Assembly (NCBI GenBank): GCA_043228905.1
Contig: JBHGNT010000001.1
Span: 8,122,001 to 8,186,000, forward strand
Direction of reading: 5' to 3'
Source of the DNA: Azolla caroliniana
Taxonomy: Eukaryota > Plantae > Polypodiophyta
Length of the DNA stretch: 64,000 nt
The translations under genes and the position numbers were made by a program. Under the pieces are notes generated by a model. The model made no database searches, had not been told where the DNA came from, and saw only the letters and a list, made by a program, of their open reading frames with translations. How positions within the stretch are numbered: the stretch's first letter is position 1; each line of letters begins with the position of its first letter. Below are positions 60,374 through 64,000 of the stretch, piece by piece.

Positions 60374-62862
60374 TGGCCATCAAAACAGGGTTACATAAAC
60401 ATTCAAGCTGTCATTTTTTTCCATATTCCTTTTCTTTCGTTCTTGTATTTTTCTCTTTATGAAAGTTGGCTATTTTCCATGAAGTCAAAGTTCTTCTGTA
60501 CCAGTTAAGATTTTGAAAGAGGTTTTATACACAGTTAAAAGTTCTTTATTTCAAGAATTCTCTATATGATTTCTGATTTATTTTCTGAGTGCGCAATTGA
60601 GAGGAGTTTAACTCACATCTCTACATTCCGTGATGTGTTTTTTGGCTATAAATCTGAAATTATGCCATAATCATGTAGAGATTGCTATCCCTTTTTTATT
60701 AGCATAAGTAGACATATTTGCTATCCTTTTATTATTATCATAAGTAGTACATTGTTATATAGACATTTTTGTATAGGCATTGTCATTGTTATGTAGCCAT
60801 GTATTTCTATATAATCATTGTTATATACATTTCGTGGATATTCTCTTCCAAACTTGCCCTTTCCCAACTTTGATTAGTTTTGAGCTTTGCATTTGATTCG
60901 GAAGTGCCAAATACAACATTGTTGCCCACCACTATATATGCATTATGGGTTTTGGCTGTATATTTAGAAAACAAGATTGGTTCACATTGCTTACTAAAGC
61001 TCATTATTCAAGTGCAAAATTTACTACATTTATGATTTGTTTTGGTCTCTGAATTCTCAGATACAGATTGATATTATTCTGCAGCCTAAGTGCTGAATGG
61101 AAGATTGATATTGTTTTAGATATACATATACTCTATAAACTTCAGATAAGGAAAAATTCTGACACACTTAGTGGAAACTAATTTGTTTGGCTTATGGATT
61201 TTTTATTTGAGTGAGAAGACTCATACATTGTGGCTACTAGATCCTTGGAAGTTGGAAATATGTGCAGAATTCTAATACTTGGAAAATTTGTTATTCATGA
61301 AGAACATTTTTGTCTCATTGAAAATCAGTTTTGTTTGCTTGGAGGTGGCATGTTAGGTCCTCTACTCGGCATTTATCATTTTAATTATTGATTCAAAATC
61401 AGAAGTTGAAATAATGGTCTACATTTGAATTGCCAAAGATATGGTATTGTACCCATGGAAAACGAACAATGGGAAACATGTCTTTTGTAGAAGAGTTACA
61501 CTAGGTTTTTGATACCATAAGCATATAGGGTCATTTTACATTAGTTTTTTGTTACCATGTCAAGAATGGTATTGTAAATAAACCTCCATGGAATCTGATT
61601 TTGAGAGCTATTAAGGAGATTTATTGGTCAGGCAATTGGAAATCAATTTGAGCAGTAGTGAAGACATAACATGCTATTTATCAGGTGGTGTGGTTGTCAT
61701 TGATGGAATAGAAACTGAATAAAATAGCAACATAGATCCACATTCTTCATAAACTCAACAAATCATGGGTTATCGTGCTATTATAGTGATCGCTTTCACG
61801 AGTTTATCATTCAGTTATCTATCCTTGTTACTAGCTTCGCTAGCCTAAGATAATTTAAGGAATGATACTTTAAAAACCTCAAAGTAATGCTGGTTACATT
61901 CTTAGTATTTTTTTTATCATATCTAAACTATGGTGAATCGGACTAAGAAAGGGATGGTTTTCTTAGACCTTGACCTTAATAAAGATGAAAAGAATGATGA
62001 AATATGCAAGTTGTTAAATTGAAATGATGTTTTAATCAAGACAACCTATATTAAGATATATCTAATTATATTATGATGCCATCTATTTTGGTCAAACCCA
62101 AATGAATTATGATGCAACCTCATTTAATTATCATAACCTACTTTGATCAAACTATTCGATTATTATTGAACTGAATGAACTCAAACAGGTCAATTATGAT
62201 TTAACCTAAGGAGAGTGCCCAGATTAGATTAAATTAATTGATTATAACAAAACCTAATTGGTGCAAGCTAATGAATGTTGCTATTGATGAGATTATTGTG
62301 AAAGTTTCTCAAACCAATCAATTTTTGTTTAATTGCATTGTAAGTATTTGATAGCAATTACTAAATATTGAACAGTAATTTTCAAGGATCTATACAAAAA
62401 TATTTGGAAAATTCATTTATCTATGTGAATCGGAATATAAAATCTCGAAAATGCTCGAGTCTTATGTGTTTTTGAAATTTGAAGATAGAACATGTAAGGG
62501 CATTCCATTCTATTGCCCCCTTGCATATTATCAATTCATGTGAAGTCACAAAACATGAGGTTAGCCACCACTAAAACATGTTTGTGAAACATTACTTGAA
62601 GACTTATGACTGAGAATTAGATATTGATGGGAAGTATGTTTAAAGCAAATACATTCCAAAATTAATTGACGCAGTTAACACAACGATCCATCAGAATTTG
62701 TTGTATCCGCGACCCCGGAATCGGTGGAGGAGGGAGGGGTATTTTTGGGAATTTAGAGAAGATAGAGAGAGAGTAGGCAGCAGGAGAGGGGTATTTTTCT
62801 AGGAGTTTTGAAAAACACATCAATACACAAGAAAAAGATTTGAGAGTTCTGTACAGCAAAAG

Positions 62863-63664
62863 ATGGGCGAAGAGGGCGAGAAGAAGAAGATCACTCTGTC
62901 TCAGTTCCTCCTATGGAAGCAGAAGAAGGTATGTTTCTGTGTTTTTTTGCGCCATCTATTTGCAAATCACTTATCTTTTAATGTTCTTTCCATTTGATTT
63001 ATTGTTTCTTCTTCCTCTTCTTTTATCTGTTATCTATTGTCATTTTTCCATGTATCTTAAGTTTTTTTTTTATGTTCTCCTTTTTATTCAGAATTTTCTG
63101 ATTTGTTCGTTTTTCTTTGTTTCTGATTTATTCCTGAATGCGATGCGTTTTTCCCAATTTGCTCTGTTCTCTATTTTCTGACCTGATTTGTTTCTTTTCA
63201 CCTGTGGGTATTCCCTGTTCTTTTAATTAGGATTTTCTGATATGTCCATTTAGTATAAATTTATTTCTTTTTTAGAGGTCTCTTAATGTGTTTGAAATGT
63301 AAAAACCAATCCTTTATCTGGGGCTATTTCCTGATTTTTTAATTTATTTATTATTCTCTAGGGGGTTTCCTGTTTTTATCTTCTTATGCAGGGTTGGATC
63401 TTTTTGTTCTAGTTCTTTCGTTTGTTTTGTATCCAGGCTTGTTTTTCTTTTTCTGATTGGCTCTTATATTTTTAGTTTTGAAATAAATAAATCTAATGCA
63501 TTATTTTTTCCTGATGAAATCCACAGGATGCAGAAGCAGCTGCAAAATTGGCTGAGATGGCAAGGAAAAGGGAGGAAGATATTGCCGCCGGCCGGGTTCA
63601 AATGAATGGAAGAGAGCTGTATCAACATGAACCTGAGGTTTTTGATGACTCCAAATTCACCTGA
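62863..63664 (+). CDS. 67-aa protein resembling the C-terminal DFRP region of ZC3H15/DFRP1
   Basis: Exons 62863-62928 and 63527-63664: MGEEGEKKKITLSQFLLWKQKKDAEAAAKLAEMARKREEDIAAGRVQMNGRELYQHEPEVFDDSKFT*; carries the T...F..WK.K and M.GREL(F/Y) signatures. Confidence 0.8.
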
Positions 63665-64000
63665 TTCATCATGTACTGTACTTGTTTCCCTCTTTCATCT
63701 CGTTCATCATCACTATTATTATTACATTTGTCTCAATTGGATTCAATCTTTTATATTTTTTGTTGTGGGGATCTGAATCCCAATAGCCGTGATATCTTCC
63801 ATATAGCTTAGGAAAAATTGGAAGGTTCATGCATCGACTGTTTTGTTGTATGATAATGTGTTATGTATGTAAGTTAAACTGAGAGTCATTGCCAAATTTA
63901 GAATTTTCAGAGCCGTAATCCTCAGATTTTTGTTTCATAGAATATCTCAAAGAAAATGATATATTTCCTACAATTTCCAGTTAGTTCATTATGTAATCCC

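Overview
Eukaryotic land-plant nuclear DNA: AT-rich, GT-AG introns, many microsatellites. The repeat and PPR style suggests a fern-like plant, but that is inference. Hand-assembled genes, most missed or fragmented by the ORF track: a PLS-E class PPR gene running off the left edge (-), an uncharacterised WAPDV-motif protein (-), 60S acidic ribosomal protein P1 (+), an MscS-like channel MSL (+), the 21-exon Nudix/dipeptidyl-peptidase III fusion NUDT3 (+), three intact PADRE/DUF4228 genes plus a pseudogene in alternating orientation, and two spliced microprotein genes (53-aa single-TM; 67-aa DFRP-C-like). Most notable: (1) six 5'-truncated copies of one non-LTR retrotransposon lineage with a conserved 3' stem-loop and (CTTT)n tail, several inside (CT)n microsatellites; (2) near-identical PADRE cores amid strongly diverged flanks, suggesting gene conversion; (3) a plastid atpA fragment in apparent unedited state fused to an L1-like 3' end in a NUDT3 intron; (4) a ~36-aa Asn-rich insertion inside one PPR motif. 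All exon models and alignments were made by eye; no searches were run.
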